NCBI GenBank assembly: GCA_963540065.1
Contig: CAUTNK010000008.1
Span: 20,447-84,446, forward strand
From: an uncultured Bacteroidia bacterium
GTDB taxonomy: Bacteria > Bacteroidota > Bacteroidia > Bacteroidales > CAJPTX01
DNA length: 64,000 nt
Reading direction: 5' to 3'
The position numbers and the translations under genes were made by a program. Position 1 is the first letter of the stretch, and each line of letters starts with the position of its first letter. Under the pieces are notes generated by a model. It made no database searches and was not told the DNA's origin. It saw nothing but the letters and a program-made list of their open reading frames with translations. Shown here in pieces: positions 47,830 through 58,515 of this stretch.

Positions 47830-49200
47830 CTATTCGATATCATCGCCATACATACAGGAGCGCACACACCGGAATCCTATAAAAGACTTCATAGAATCTT
47901 GGTATTCGAAAGCACGCGTAGCGACTTGCAAGAAGAAATGCGTATCCTTCCAAGATCCCCCACGGATCACTTTTCTTTTCATAGCTGGCGGATCACTCGG
48001 GCGCGCATTGTATTGATAATCCGGATTAAGATCGTGGGTAAAATTGTACGAACTTTCGTCATACGCGGTACTTGTCCATTCCGCTACGTTACCCGCCATA
48101 TCGTACAAGCCATACTCATTCGGCTTGAAGCTAGATACTGGCATTGCGGTCACCCCTCCGTCCTCAGCATATCGTCCACGCATAGGCTTAAAGTTAGCAG
48201 CCAAGCAACCATTCTGTGTTCGGGTATAGTAACTACCCCAAGGATACATCCCCGAGCTTAGACCACCACGAGCAGCATATTCCCATTCTGCCTCTGTCGG
48301 TAAGCGGAAATCGTGAACGGTATATTCGCCATTTCTGAGGTATGCGCGATTCAACCTATTGGTACGCCAGATACAAAAGGCAAATGCCTGTCGCCACGAA
48401 ACGCCCACTACGGGATAGTTATCGAAATTCGGGTGCCAGAAGTAGTTCTTAGCATTGGGTTCGTTAAACGAGTAACTCCAATCGCTAATCCACGCTAACG
48501 TATCAGGATACACATTCACTTTATCATCGATAATAAAGTCTCTACGCCGTGTAACGGGTCTGGACTTGTTAACGGGGAAGTAAAAGACTTTCGCCTTTTC
48601 TGACCATGCCCCTCTGCCGTCGCCAGCATCAAAATCCCAACGGTTGGTCGTCTGTGCAGCTTGCCGCAGATCGATCCAGCGGAAGGTATAGTTTAACTTA
48701 CGCGTGTCGATTTCCGGACGCCCTTCGAATTGGTCATCTTTGTTGTAGTAAAGATGCTGAATAGCGTCCAACTGCGTTTCGTCGGTGTAATCGATTTCTA
48801 TATCCCAGTTAAGGATTGGCGGATCGATATCTCGCCCCGTTTCCTCGTCGACGGTAATCAAGAAATCTTCATCACCTTTGGAAAGCTCGAGCCTCAACAG
48901 GGAGTCTCGCACATGGAAAACGAACTGACGATACTGATTGTTGGAGATCTCGGTAACGTCCATCCAGAAAGCCTCTAGGGTCACAGTTTTCGTTGGTGCA
49001 CGGTGCGCCCATGTGACGTCCTCGTCGTTCCGTCCCATCGTAAAAGCACCTCGCGGAATACGTACCATATTGAATGGCTCTGGCTCTGTCCGAGGCTTAC
49101 GACCGGGCACGCCTGTAAGTTCGCCGTCATCTCTAACGCCGCATCCTACCAAAAACGCTAGGAAGGCTACTATCAAAGAGAATAAAAAACGCCTAATCAT
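47830..49200 (-). CDS. gldK: gliding motility / T9SS lipoprotein GldK (PorK), FGE-sulfatase-like fold
   Basis: 456 aa with a lipobox (LVGC). Conserved blocks are GELTGVPGR, MVRIPRGAFTMG, FWMDVTEISNNQYRQFV and RGGSWKD. Confidence 0.9.
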   Translation of the reverse strand: MIRRFLFSLIVAFLAFLVGCGVRDDGELTGVPGRKPRTEPEPFNMVRIPRGAFTMGRNDEDVTWAHRAPTKTVTLEAFWMDVTEISNNQYRQFVFHVRDSLLRLELSKGDEDFLITVDEETGRDIDPPILNWDIEIDYTDETQLDAIQHLYYNKDDQFEGRPEIDTRKLNYTFRWIDLRQAAQTTNRWDFDAGDGRGAWSEKAKVFYFPVNKSRPVTRRRDFIIDDKVNVYPDTLAWISDWSYSFNEPNAKNYFWHPNFDNYPVVGVSWRQAFAFCIWRTNRLNRAYLRNGEYTVHDFRLPTEAEWEYAARGGLSSGMYPWGSYYTRTQNGCLAANFKPMRGRYAEDGGVTAMPVSSFKPNEYGLYDMAGNVAEWTSTAYDESSYNFTHDLNPDYQYNARPSDPPAMKRKVIRGGSWKDTHFFLQVATRAFEYQDSMKSFIGFRCVRSCMYGDDIE

Positions 49201-49261
49201 ATTTCCTTGCTGTTTTCTCCTACTGCGGAAAGATGCATCATGCCAAGACTATTTTTACTGA

Positions 49262-50284
49262 CTAAAGGTAACGAATACTCTTATATTGTTTGGGTTGCGT
49301 TTGTTTCTCTAAACCAAACGAGTAACCGAGAACAATTTCGTGCGATCCGGTTGTGAACTGACGAATCGCTCCCGTTGGGTAATCGTAACTATATCCGATA
49401 CGAAACGACTCAAAGAGAATAACCCCTGCAAGCGCACCAACAGACTCCATAAGGTTATAATTCAATCCAAACCAAAAAAGGTTGTTGTAACGAGCATTAA
49501 GAGTGAGGGAAAGTAGATACTGTTGTAGATCGGTACGTGCCAGAAAACTGGGCTCGAGATTCCAACGCGAGGAAACCGCCAAATCATAGCCTGCCACCAT
49601 GTAGTACTGCCTTGCATAATTCATGCGCCCGATTCTTGTAATAGAACTACTTAGCGTTTTACGCAAGTCTGCCCCCAAAAGGTTCTGCCCTGAGACGCCG
49701 AAATACATACTACGTCCCGTATAATAGAGCCCAAAAGAGACGTCAAAGGCGATACCGTTAGCATTCGATTTAGGAATAGCAGGATCGTTATCTGCAGGGT
49801 CTACCGTTTGCCATTTCGCGTCAAAGCGGTCGTTAAGAGCTCGAAGCCCTAAGCCCAAGGCCAGCGAGCCAATAGAACGCAAATGAAAGCGTCCGCTATA
49901 CGACAACTCTAAACCATTGGTAGAGCTGTAGCCAATAACATCGCGCAGTAGGTGAACCCCCAGACCGTGCGAGTACTGCATCTTCCGTCCGGGACTCATC
50001 TGCGAGAGTTTTCTGTAAGCAAATGGGATATCGAAGTTGAGGAAAATAGTTTGTGGGGCTCCTTTCCCATAGCCCACCCACTGCTGACGTGCCAGTGCGT
50101 ACACATTGATCAGTCCTTGACTTCCGGCATATCCGGGATTAAAATCGAGCTGATTGAACATGTATTGACGAACGCGCCCATCGGACTGCGCATGGATACC
50201 TGTAGCTGTAAACAGTACCATGCTTACAACTAGCATAGCACTCGCCACCTTTCTGCAAATCCGACGCTCCCTACCGTTCATCAC
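49262..50284 (-). CDS. porP: PorP/SprF family T9SS outer-membrane protein
   Basis: 340 aa with a signal peptide, an N-terminal QYMFNQLDFNPGYAGS motif and a beta-barrel-like remainder. It lies immediately upstream of gldK, as in the porPKLMN arrangement. Confidence 0.8.
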   Translation of the reverse strand: MMNGRERRICRKVASAMLVVSMVLFTATGIHAQSDGRVRQYMFNQLDFNPGYAGSQGLINVYALARQQWVGYGKGAPQTIFLNFDIPFAYRKLSQMSPGRKMQYSHGLGVHLLRDVIGYSSTNGLELSYSGRFHLRSIGSLALGLGLRALNDRFDAKWQTVDPADNDPAIPKSNANGIAFDVSFGLYYTGRSMYFGVSGQNLLGADLRKTLSSSITRIGRMNYARQYYMVAGYDLAVSSRWNLEPSFLARTDLQQYLLSLTLNARYNNLFWFGLNYNLMESVGALAGVILFESFRIGYSYDYPTGAIRQFTTGSHEIVLGYSFGLEKQTQPKQYKSIRYL

Positions 50285-50638
50285 CCCACTGCGACCTTAT
50301 CGCAAGCCAAAATAATAAAAGATCCCCCACACTGCCAAACTATGCGAAGCGTTTTTTGTACGTATCAAACACACGATCGCATTAAGAAAACGCAACACTT
50401 GTCAAATTATTTCATTTCTGACGAGCACTTTTACTCCACGACTCCGTCAAAAACAAAAGCACACAAGTAGAATAACGCACTGCGCAGTTTAATAGTTTCG
50501 TATCGTTTATAGAAGCCTGCAAAATTAACATCAACCGGATCCAAAGATATAGAATTCCTACTTCTCAGTAATGCTAACCGACAAAATTATTCTCCCCACA
50601 TACTTTATCTCGTTCACTCAACCAGCAACTATAGCGCC

Positions 50639-53011
50639 CTAGGAATCCGATTTGCGCTTTTTCTTCACTGTAGTTGTGGTTCGCTTTTTTGTCGTCTTTG
50701 ACGCATTGGCACGAGCTTTAGATGTCTTACGCGCATTGCGATTACTTTCCAAAAGCGAGCATACTTCTTCGTAGGAGATTGTATCTGCGTCCTTTTCGGC
50801 AGGCAGACGAATTTCTTGATCTCCGCACTTAATCCAAAGTACTTTCCATTTGCCTCTGATAATCCTAGCGTCCGGATTTTCTACAAAAGTCCGTACTGTA
50901 CGCGCTTGTTCCCATGCTCGCCGCGCTTCTACCAACTGTATAGCTCGCGCCTCGCCGATCGTATACGGGTCGTCTTCTTTTGCTAGGGATGCAAAGCTCT
51001 CGCCATGACGGATGTAGGGACCGAAACGTCCGGTAGAGACTACCAAATCCAGTCCTTCGTAGCGCCCCACAATACGTGGTAAGCGAAATAAATCGAGGGC
51101 TTCTTGTAGCGAAATAGTTTCTATGAGTTGGTTGGGCTTGAGAGATGCATAACGCGGCTTCTTATCACCATCAGTCTTTCCTATTTGCGCGAGTGGACCG
51201 TACTTTCCTAAACGGACAATAACAGGTTCGTGCGATAGCGGGTCTTCGCCAAGGATGCGTTCGTCGGAGGGGCGTTCTTTTTCGTCTAACGCCACAGTAA
51301 CCAGTTTATGGAAGGGTGCGTAGAACTCCTCCAACATCTGCTGCCAATTTTTATTTCCGGCGGCGATTTGGTCGAATTGTTCCTCGACACTAGCTGTAAA
51401 ATTGTACTCCAACAATTGGGCAAAATGTTCCTGTAGGTAATCTGTAACCAGCATACCTATATCACTCGGGAAGAGCTTTTTCCGCTCTGCGCCGAATTTT
51501 TCTTGGACTTGTTCTGTAGCAAAGACACCTTTTTCCAGCGTCATCTTCCAGATAAAACGCAGTTGTGGATCGCGCGAATCCTTCATCACATATCCGCGAG
51601 CAACGATCGTTGCTATGGTAGGGGCATAGGTAGAAGGACGACCAATGCCAAGTTCCTCTAATTTCTTCACTAGCGCGGCTTCAGAATAGCGTGGAGGATG
51701 CTGTGTATATTTCTCCTGTGCTACCGCTTTTGTGAGCAAGAGGGGTTGTTTGAGAGTTAGTGCAGGCAGGATTGTAACTTGCTCTTCGCCCGGTTCTTCG
51801 TCATTCCCTTCCAGATAGAGACGTAAAAAACCATCGAATTTTACCACTTCACCTGTTGCTATAAACGGGTATTTTAGGGTTGGTGCTGCGATTTCCACAG
51901 TAGTGCGCAGGAGTCGCGCAGAGGACATTTGCGAAGCTAGAGCTCGGTTCCGAATCAAGTCATACAACTTTTCGGCAGCAGGCTCCATCCCAACGGTGGC
52001 AAGTTGAGCATCTACAGGTCTGATAGCTTCGTGCGCTTCTTGTGCTCCTTTCGTTTTAGTTTGATAACGCCGTTGCTTATGGTAATCGGCGCCGTAGGTA
52101 GCTACCACCACATTCTGCAAATTGGCGAGCGCTTGTTCGGAAAGATTGACCGAATCCGTACGCATGTAGGTTATTTTCCCAGCCTCGTAAAGGGCTTGTG
52201 CTACCTGCATAGTACGAGCCGTGGAGAATCCCAATTTCCTACTAGCTTCCTGCTGCAGGGTGGATGTTGTAAATGGCGGTGCCGGATTTCGAATCAGCTC
52301 TTTTTCTTGAATAGATGCTACGGAGAAATTCGCACTAGCACATGCACGCATGAAAGCCTCTGCCTCCGCTTGGGTTGCAATTCGCTGTTGCAATTCGGCA
52401 TGTAGGAGAGGTTTGGTATTGAAAATAGCTTGTATCCGGTAGTAGCACTGGGCATTATAAGCATGAATCTCCCGTTCGCGATCTACTACTAATCGCACTG
52501 CAACCGACTGGACGCGTCCTGCCGAGAGGGAGGGGCGCACTTTTCGCCACAAGATGGGCGATACTTCAAAGCCCACTAAGCGATCTAATATTCTACGGGC
52601 TTGCTGGGCATCTACCAGATTTTGGTCTATTGAACGTGGTGTTTCGAGTGCTTTTAGGATGGCAGTTTTGGTAATCTCGTGAAAAACAATTCTATGCGTA
52701 TGCTGAAGATCCAATTTAAGAACTGCTGCAAGGTGCCAAGCGATAGCCTCTCCTTCGCGATCTTCATCCGATGCAAGCCACACTTTTTCGGCACGAGCTA
52801 CAGCTTTGCGTAGTTCTGCGACGACCTTCTTTTTGTCATCAGCTACCTCGTATTCTGGTACAAAGGAATTGCTTGTAATCTCGATACTGAGTCCATGCTT
52901 AGCGAGGTCGCGAATATGACCGAAACTAGAAAGGACTTCAAAATCGTTCCCGAGGAACTTTTCAATAGTTTTAGCCTTTGCAGGCGACTCAACAATCACC
53001 AAGTTTTTCAC
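50639..53011 (-). CDS. topA: DNA topoisomerase I
   Basis: 790 aa with a Toprim start (MKNLVIVESPAKAKTIEKFLG), the active-site region YMRTDS and a basic C-terminal tail. Confidence 0.95.
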   Translation of the reverse strand: MKNLVIVESPAKAKTIEKFLGNDFEVLSSFGHIRDLAKHGLSIEITSNSFVPEYEVADDKKKVVAELRKAVARAEKVWLASDEDREGEAIAWHLAAVLKLDLQHTHRIVFHEITKTAILKALETPRSIDQNLVDAQQARRILDRLVGFEVSPILWRKVRPSLSAGRVQSVAVRLVVDREREIHAYNAQCYYRIQAIFNTKPLLHAELQQRIATQAEAEAFMRACASANFSVASIQEKELIRNPAPPFTTSTLQQEASRKLGFSTARTMQVAQALYEAGKITYMRTDSVNLSEQALANLQNVVVATYGADYHKQRRYQTKTKGAQEAHEAIRPVDAQLATVGMEPAAEKLYDLIRNRALASQMSSARLLRTTVEIAAPTLKYPFIATGEVVKFDGFLRLYLEGNDEEPGEEQVTILPALTLKQPLLLTKAVAQEKYTQHPPRYSEAALVKKLEELGIGRPSTYAPTIATIVARGYVMKDSRDPQLRFIWKMTLEKGVFATEQVQEKFGAERKKLFPSDIGMLVTDYLQEHFAQLLEYNFTASVEEQFDQIAAGNKNWQQMLEEFYAPFHKLVTVALDEKERPSDERILGEDPLSHEPVIVRLGKYGPLAQIGKTDGDKKPRYASLKPNQLIETISLQEALDLFRLPRIVGRYEGLDLVVSTGRFGPYIRHGESFASLAKEDDPYTIGEARAIQLVEARRAWEQARTVRTFVENPDARIIRGKWKVLWIKCGDQEIRLPAEKDADTISYEEVCSLLESNRNARKTSKARANASKTTKKRTTTTVKKKRKSDS

Positions 53012-53065
53012 CGATCTTCTGTATTAAGCTTTTCAGAGCACAAAGGAACAAAGAAAAACGATCAG

Positions 53066-53100
53066 AAAAAAAAGGGAGAGACTAAAAGCTAGCCTCTCCC
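53066..53100 (-). terminator. intrinsic terminator after groL
   Basis: On the minus strand the stem pairs GGGAGAG with CTCTCCC and is followed by T8 (forward A-run 53066-53073). Confidence 0.6.
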
Positions 53101-53126
53101 ATACTCGGTTAAAGAGTTCGGATCTT

Positions 53127-54770
<1,644 letters not shown>

Positions 54771-54804
54771 TTACTTCGTTATTCCAAAATCTACTTATAT
54801 CGTA

Positions 54805-55083
54805 CTAGATCACTGCTAGGATATCGTTTTGACGCATGATGATATACTCTACCTCGTCCACCGTTACTTCTGTTCCGCCGTACTTAGAATAGAGAACTAC
54901 ATCGCCGACCTTAACTTCCATCGTCACGTCCTTTGTGCCAGAACCTATGGCACGTACTGTACCACGCTGGGGTTTTTCTTTTGCCGTATCGGGTATGATA
55001 ATACCACTAGCCGTCCGTTCTTCTGCCGCAATAGGTTCGATTAGAACACGATCTCCCAAAGGTCTCATTTTCAACTCTGCCAT
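54805..55083 (-). CDS. groES: co-chaperonin GroES
   Basis: 92 aa with the segment LKMRPLGDRVLIEP...GIIIPDTAKEKPQRG. Confidence 0.95.
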   Translation of the reverse strand: MAELKMRPLGDRVLIEPIAAEERTASGIIIPDTAKEKPQRGTVRAIGSGTKDVTMEVKVGDVVLYSKYGGTEVTVDEVEYIIMRQNDILAVI

Positions 55084-55354
55084 TTTTCTAACGTTTCGCT
55101 ATTAATTTTACTTGTCGGGGGGTTAGCCCTTTTCATTTCTAAGAAGATATTAGGCAAAAGGTACGCCAATGCCATCAATCGTTTCTAAAACTGCCAATTT
55201 GACACGAATGTATATGTCATTTGTGAAAATACAACATAACCCCTTATCAAGAAAAAAATAGAACTTTGTTGGGTTGCAAACTTGTTGTGAATTAAGATAC
55301 ATCTGTTTCAACAGGGTTAGCGTCCGATTTTTCAATGGGTAAAGAGGCGTGCAT

Positions 55355-56296
55355 ATGGGCAGAATTATAGAGAAACAGTCCAAAGTGTGTTACTACATAA
55401 AGGGGTATTGGCGCACTTTTTTTGAAGCTCACGACCGCTTAGCAGATGAAATCGCAAAACTTACACAAGCTTGCAGTACAGTGGAACTGGCTGCCGTCGA
55501 GGCTCGAGTTCCCTATTATTGTGCTTCGCTGGTTGGACGCCCCTTTTCTGGCAAGCATACCGTAACCGACCTACGGCATCCACAAACTCCCAAAGCCTAC
55601 TATTTTGATACCTACGAATGGGCACGCTACCTAGCATCGGATGCACCGATTGACTTCGTTTTTGGCGATGTAACCCATATCCCCGACGTTCCGTCGCTTG
55701 TTAAGACTCGACCACTAACAAATGGCAACGAGACTAGCGTATTACTCGCGATGGACAAACCTCGTCACTATGTTTGGATGCACGACCCGATACCTTTTGC
55801 CGCAAAACGAGACCAACTCATCGGTATGGCGAATGTATGGCAAGCCCACCGACGCGACTTTTTTGAGAAATGGTTCGGTCACCCGCTCTGTGTACTGGGC
55901 GATATCAGCAAGAACCATATAGAAAAACACCCGGAGTGGCATTGTGAAAAACAAAGCTTACAATCGCACCTACACTACAAGTTTATTCTGTCCTTGCAGG
56001 GGAATGATGTCGCGACAAACCTAAAGTGGATCATGTCCTCGAATTCTGTAGCTGTAATGCCACGCCCAACAGTAGAAAGTTGGTTTATGGAAGGAACTCT
56101 ACAAGGCGGGGAACACTACATCGAAATCCGTCCGGATTATTCCGACCTAGAGGAACAACTACACTACTACCTTGCGCACCCGGAAGAATGCGAACGTATC
56201 GCCGCAAACGCCAATGCTTACTGCATGCGCTTCCGAAACCCGAGGGTAGAAGCTCTTTGTAACTTACGCGTCTTAGAACGTTTTTATATCCGCTAG
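55355..56296 (+). CDS. glycosyltransferase family 90 (CAP10-domain) protein
   Basis: The C-terminal half (YKFILSLQGNDVATNLKWIMSSNSVAVMP...GEHYIEIRPDYSDLEEQLHYYLAHPEECERIAANA) resembles CAP10/LPS-modifying GT90 enzymes. The assignment is from memory of the family. ATG 55355 was chosen. Confidence 0.55.
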   Translation: MGRIIEKQSKVCYYIKGYWRTFFEAHDRLADEIAKLTQACSTVELAAVEARVPYYCASLVGRPFSGKHTVTDLRHPQTPKAYYFDTYEWARYLASDAPIDFVFGDVTHIPDVPSLVKTRPLTNGNETSVLLAMDKPRHYVWMHDPIPFAAKRDQLIGMANVWQAHRRDFFEKWFGHPLCVLGDISKNHIEKHPEWHCEKQSLQSHLHYKFILSLQGNDVATNLKWIMSSNSVAVMPRPTVESWFMEGTLQGGEHYIEIRPDYSDLEEQLHYYLAHPEECERIAANANAYCMRFRNPRVEALCNLRVLERFYIR

Positions 56297-56313
56297 AACG
56301 ACTGCTGCCACGT

Positions 56314-58281
56314 TTATGGTACAGCAGTAACCGTACAGGAGGCTTGTAGTTCGTCGTGCTCTCCCGTAGCTGGTAGTGTTGCTGTAAAACGTACAGTACC
56401 AGAGCGATTATAACGCAATCTGATAGTTGTCGGATCCACGAATTGGATATCCACAAACGGCTCTGAAGAGATTTGCAATTGTTTCTGCTCTCTGGGCGAA
56501 ATACCTACAAATACCATCTTTAGCGTAACGATACTCCCCTTTCGAGTTTCCACGGCTTTGTCCTTAAAGACAACATACTGCTCAACAAGGTTATCGTTAT
56601 AAAACGTCCATTTTCCCACCTTTCGCAATTCCGTTCTTGCCTCTTTAGCCTCCGAGGTATAAAGCAGATTCGTGGCATCGATTTTTACATTCTGATTCGC
56701 CACCGCATTTTCGTTCCAACCCTGGAGAGAGCGGGCGTAGTTCTCTGCATCTATTCCGGAGCGTTGTATCCCCAACAGAGCGCCATTCTGAAATCGCCAA
56801 GCCCCTAAAGATTGATTGAATGCTTGGGCATTGTAGAACATAGAATCTAGGTCGGTTGCCGCAGAGACGTTCCACCTGTTAAGGGGTTGGTTGAAGACTT
56901 TAGCATCGGCGAACATGGCATGAAAATTTTGTACACCACCGACGTCCCACTGATTAATAGGTTGGTTGAAGGCAAGCGCACCGTAGAACATATGAGCCAT
57001 ATTGCGTACGTTTCGCAAACGCGTACTCCAAGCATTAAGAGGTTGGTTGAAATACTCGGAATTGCCAAACATTCCTTGCATCCTCGTAACACCGGAGACG
57101 TCCCAGGCGTCTATAGGCTTATTAAAATCGGAATTCCAGAACATAAAGCTCATATCTTTTACATTTTGCACATTCCAGTTGTTAATGTGTTGATCAAATC
57201 TGGAGGAAGCAAACATCGAATTCATGTTTACAACATTTGCAACATTCCATCTATTTAAGGGGTGATTATATACTGAGTATTCAAACATATACTCCATATG
57301 CTCGACATTAGAAACGTCCCAATTCCCTATTGGCCGGTTAAATTGCGAGGAATAAAACATAGCGCCCATACGGTCAACTTTCGATACATCCCAATCTTCC
57401 AATGGCTGATTAAAGATTGTATTTCGAAACATGCCCCACATATCTGTTACCTGTGAGACGTCCCAAGCGTTTATCGGTTGATTGAATGCAGAATTCGCAA
57501 ATGTAGCTCGCATGCTAGTAACGTGGCTAACGTCCCACCGATTAAGCGGTTGGTTGAACCGTTCGCATTTGTAAAACATCCAGTCTAGCTTTTTGGCACT
57601 TTTCAGGTTCCACTGTTCAATCGGTTGGTTGAAAGCAGTACATCCTGCAAACATACCCTCAAAATCCGCTACATTACTGACATCCCAACGGTTCAGTGGA
57701 CTGTTGAAATGGGTACAGTCCATAAACATAGCATTCATACTGACCACTTGACTCACATCCCAGTGATTAATCGAAGTTTCATCCAAAGCACGGCAGTTCA
57801 GAAACATATGATCCAGTTCTGCTCCATTTCTGAAACGTGGGCTTCCGGCAGATGGCGAAATTTTCAGATTTACACAATCGCGAAAGAGATCTTTAATCCG
57901 ATCGATCTCCAATCCGCCCCAGTCAACAACCTCTAGCAATAACTCGCGGTTGTAGATAGTTAGTTCTTTGATATTTCGTATGGTTCTTTCTGGAATCTTT
58001 ACGTAGAGTTCGTGAGCACCGCGACGGTGTTCCCGTTTTATAGAACAAAACTCTGTACCCGTTTTATATCCCTGATCATATTGCCACCAGATATCGCGAT
58101 CTGTTTCAATCCCCCGGATGAAATCTCCGCTAGCGCTAAAACCCTTTATCATAAATAGATCAACCGCATCTTTATCAGGCATCCTCGCCACGTCCCACTT
58201 TGTAATAAAGAAGCGTTCTTCCGCATGAATCACTAATGCTGTTAATAGCAAGGGAATAATAAAAAGTATTTTTCGCATCAT
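56314..58281 (-). CDS. BspA-type / DUF285 repeat surface protein with a C-terminal Ig-like domain
   Basis: It has a signal peptide and about 15 units of the ~26-aa repeat F..(S/C).FNQP(L/I)..W(D/N)VS.V..M..MF. The C-terminal ~90 aa are beta-rich. No T9SS sorting domain was recognised. Confidence 0.75.
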   Translation of the reverse strand: MMRKILFIIPLLLTALVIHAEERFFITKWDVARMPDKDAVDLFMIKGFSASGDFIRGIETDRDIWWQYDQGYKTGTEFCSIKREHRRGAHELYVKIPERTIRNIKELTIYNRELLLEVVDWGGLEIDRIKDLFRDCVNLKISPSAGSPRFRNGAELDHMFLNCRALDETSINHWDVSQVVSMNAMFMDCTHFNSPLNRWDVSNVADFEGMFAGCTAFNQPIEQWNLKSAKKLDWMFYKCERFNQPLNRWDVSHVTSMRATFANSAFNQPINAWDVSQVTDMWGMFRNTIFNQPLEDWDVSKVDRMGAMFYSSQFNRPIGNWDVSNVEHMEYMFEYSVYNHPLNRWNVANVVNMNSMFASSRFDQHINNWNVQNVKDMSFMFWNSDFNKPIDAWDVSGVTRMQGMFGNSEYFNQPLNAWSTRLRNVRNMAHMFYGALAFNQPINQWDVGGVQNFHAMFADAKVFNQPLNRWNVSAATDLDSMFYNAQAFNQSLGAWRFQNGALLGIQRSGIDAENYARSLQGWNENAVANQNVKIDATNLLYTSEAKEARTELRKVGKWTFYNDNLVEQYVVFKDKAVETRKGSIVTLKMVFVGISPREQKQLQISSEPFVDIQFVDPTTIRLRYNRSGTVRFTATLPATGEHDELQASCTVTAVP

Positions 58282-58448
58282 TCTCTACCGCATTTCGAAT
58301 TTAAGCCCCATACATTCGAAAACAAAAGTAGATATTAGCCATCATCTCTGCCCTACTTTTTTCAAGCTCTTTGTTTCGCAATCTGTTTACATAGAATTAG
58401 AGAGGCTACAAATAACGCTGTAAAAGCGTTTCTACAAACCGAATGGCG

Positions 58449-58456
58449 TATTTTTG
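58449..58456 (+). promoter_or_regulatory. possible -7 box (TATTTTTG) for nifJ
   Basis: It matches TAnnTTTG 60 nt upstream of the ATG. The -33 region reads GTTTC and is not canonical. Confidence 0.3.
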
Positions 58457-58515
58457 CGCTAGGAGTAATAGCTAGTAGCGACTTAACGCTCCACAAGGAC
58501 GAAATTTTCAAATTA

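Noticed and set aside
50285-50638. A 354-nt ORF-free gap between topA and porP, considered as a possible RNase P, tmRNA or 6S locus.
   Set aside because: I found none of the hallmark motifs (GAGGAAAGTCC, a tRNA-like 3' end, a tag ORF). It is probably the porP promoter and leader. One TAATTTTG match lies near 50520.
55084-55354. A CIRCE (HrcA) operator or other heat-shock element upstream of groES, and the 77-aa ORF 55150-55383.
   Set aside because: No TTAGCACTC-N9-GAGTGCTAA-like inverted repeat is present. The ORF has no supporting features and spans the divergent promoter region.
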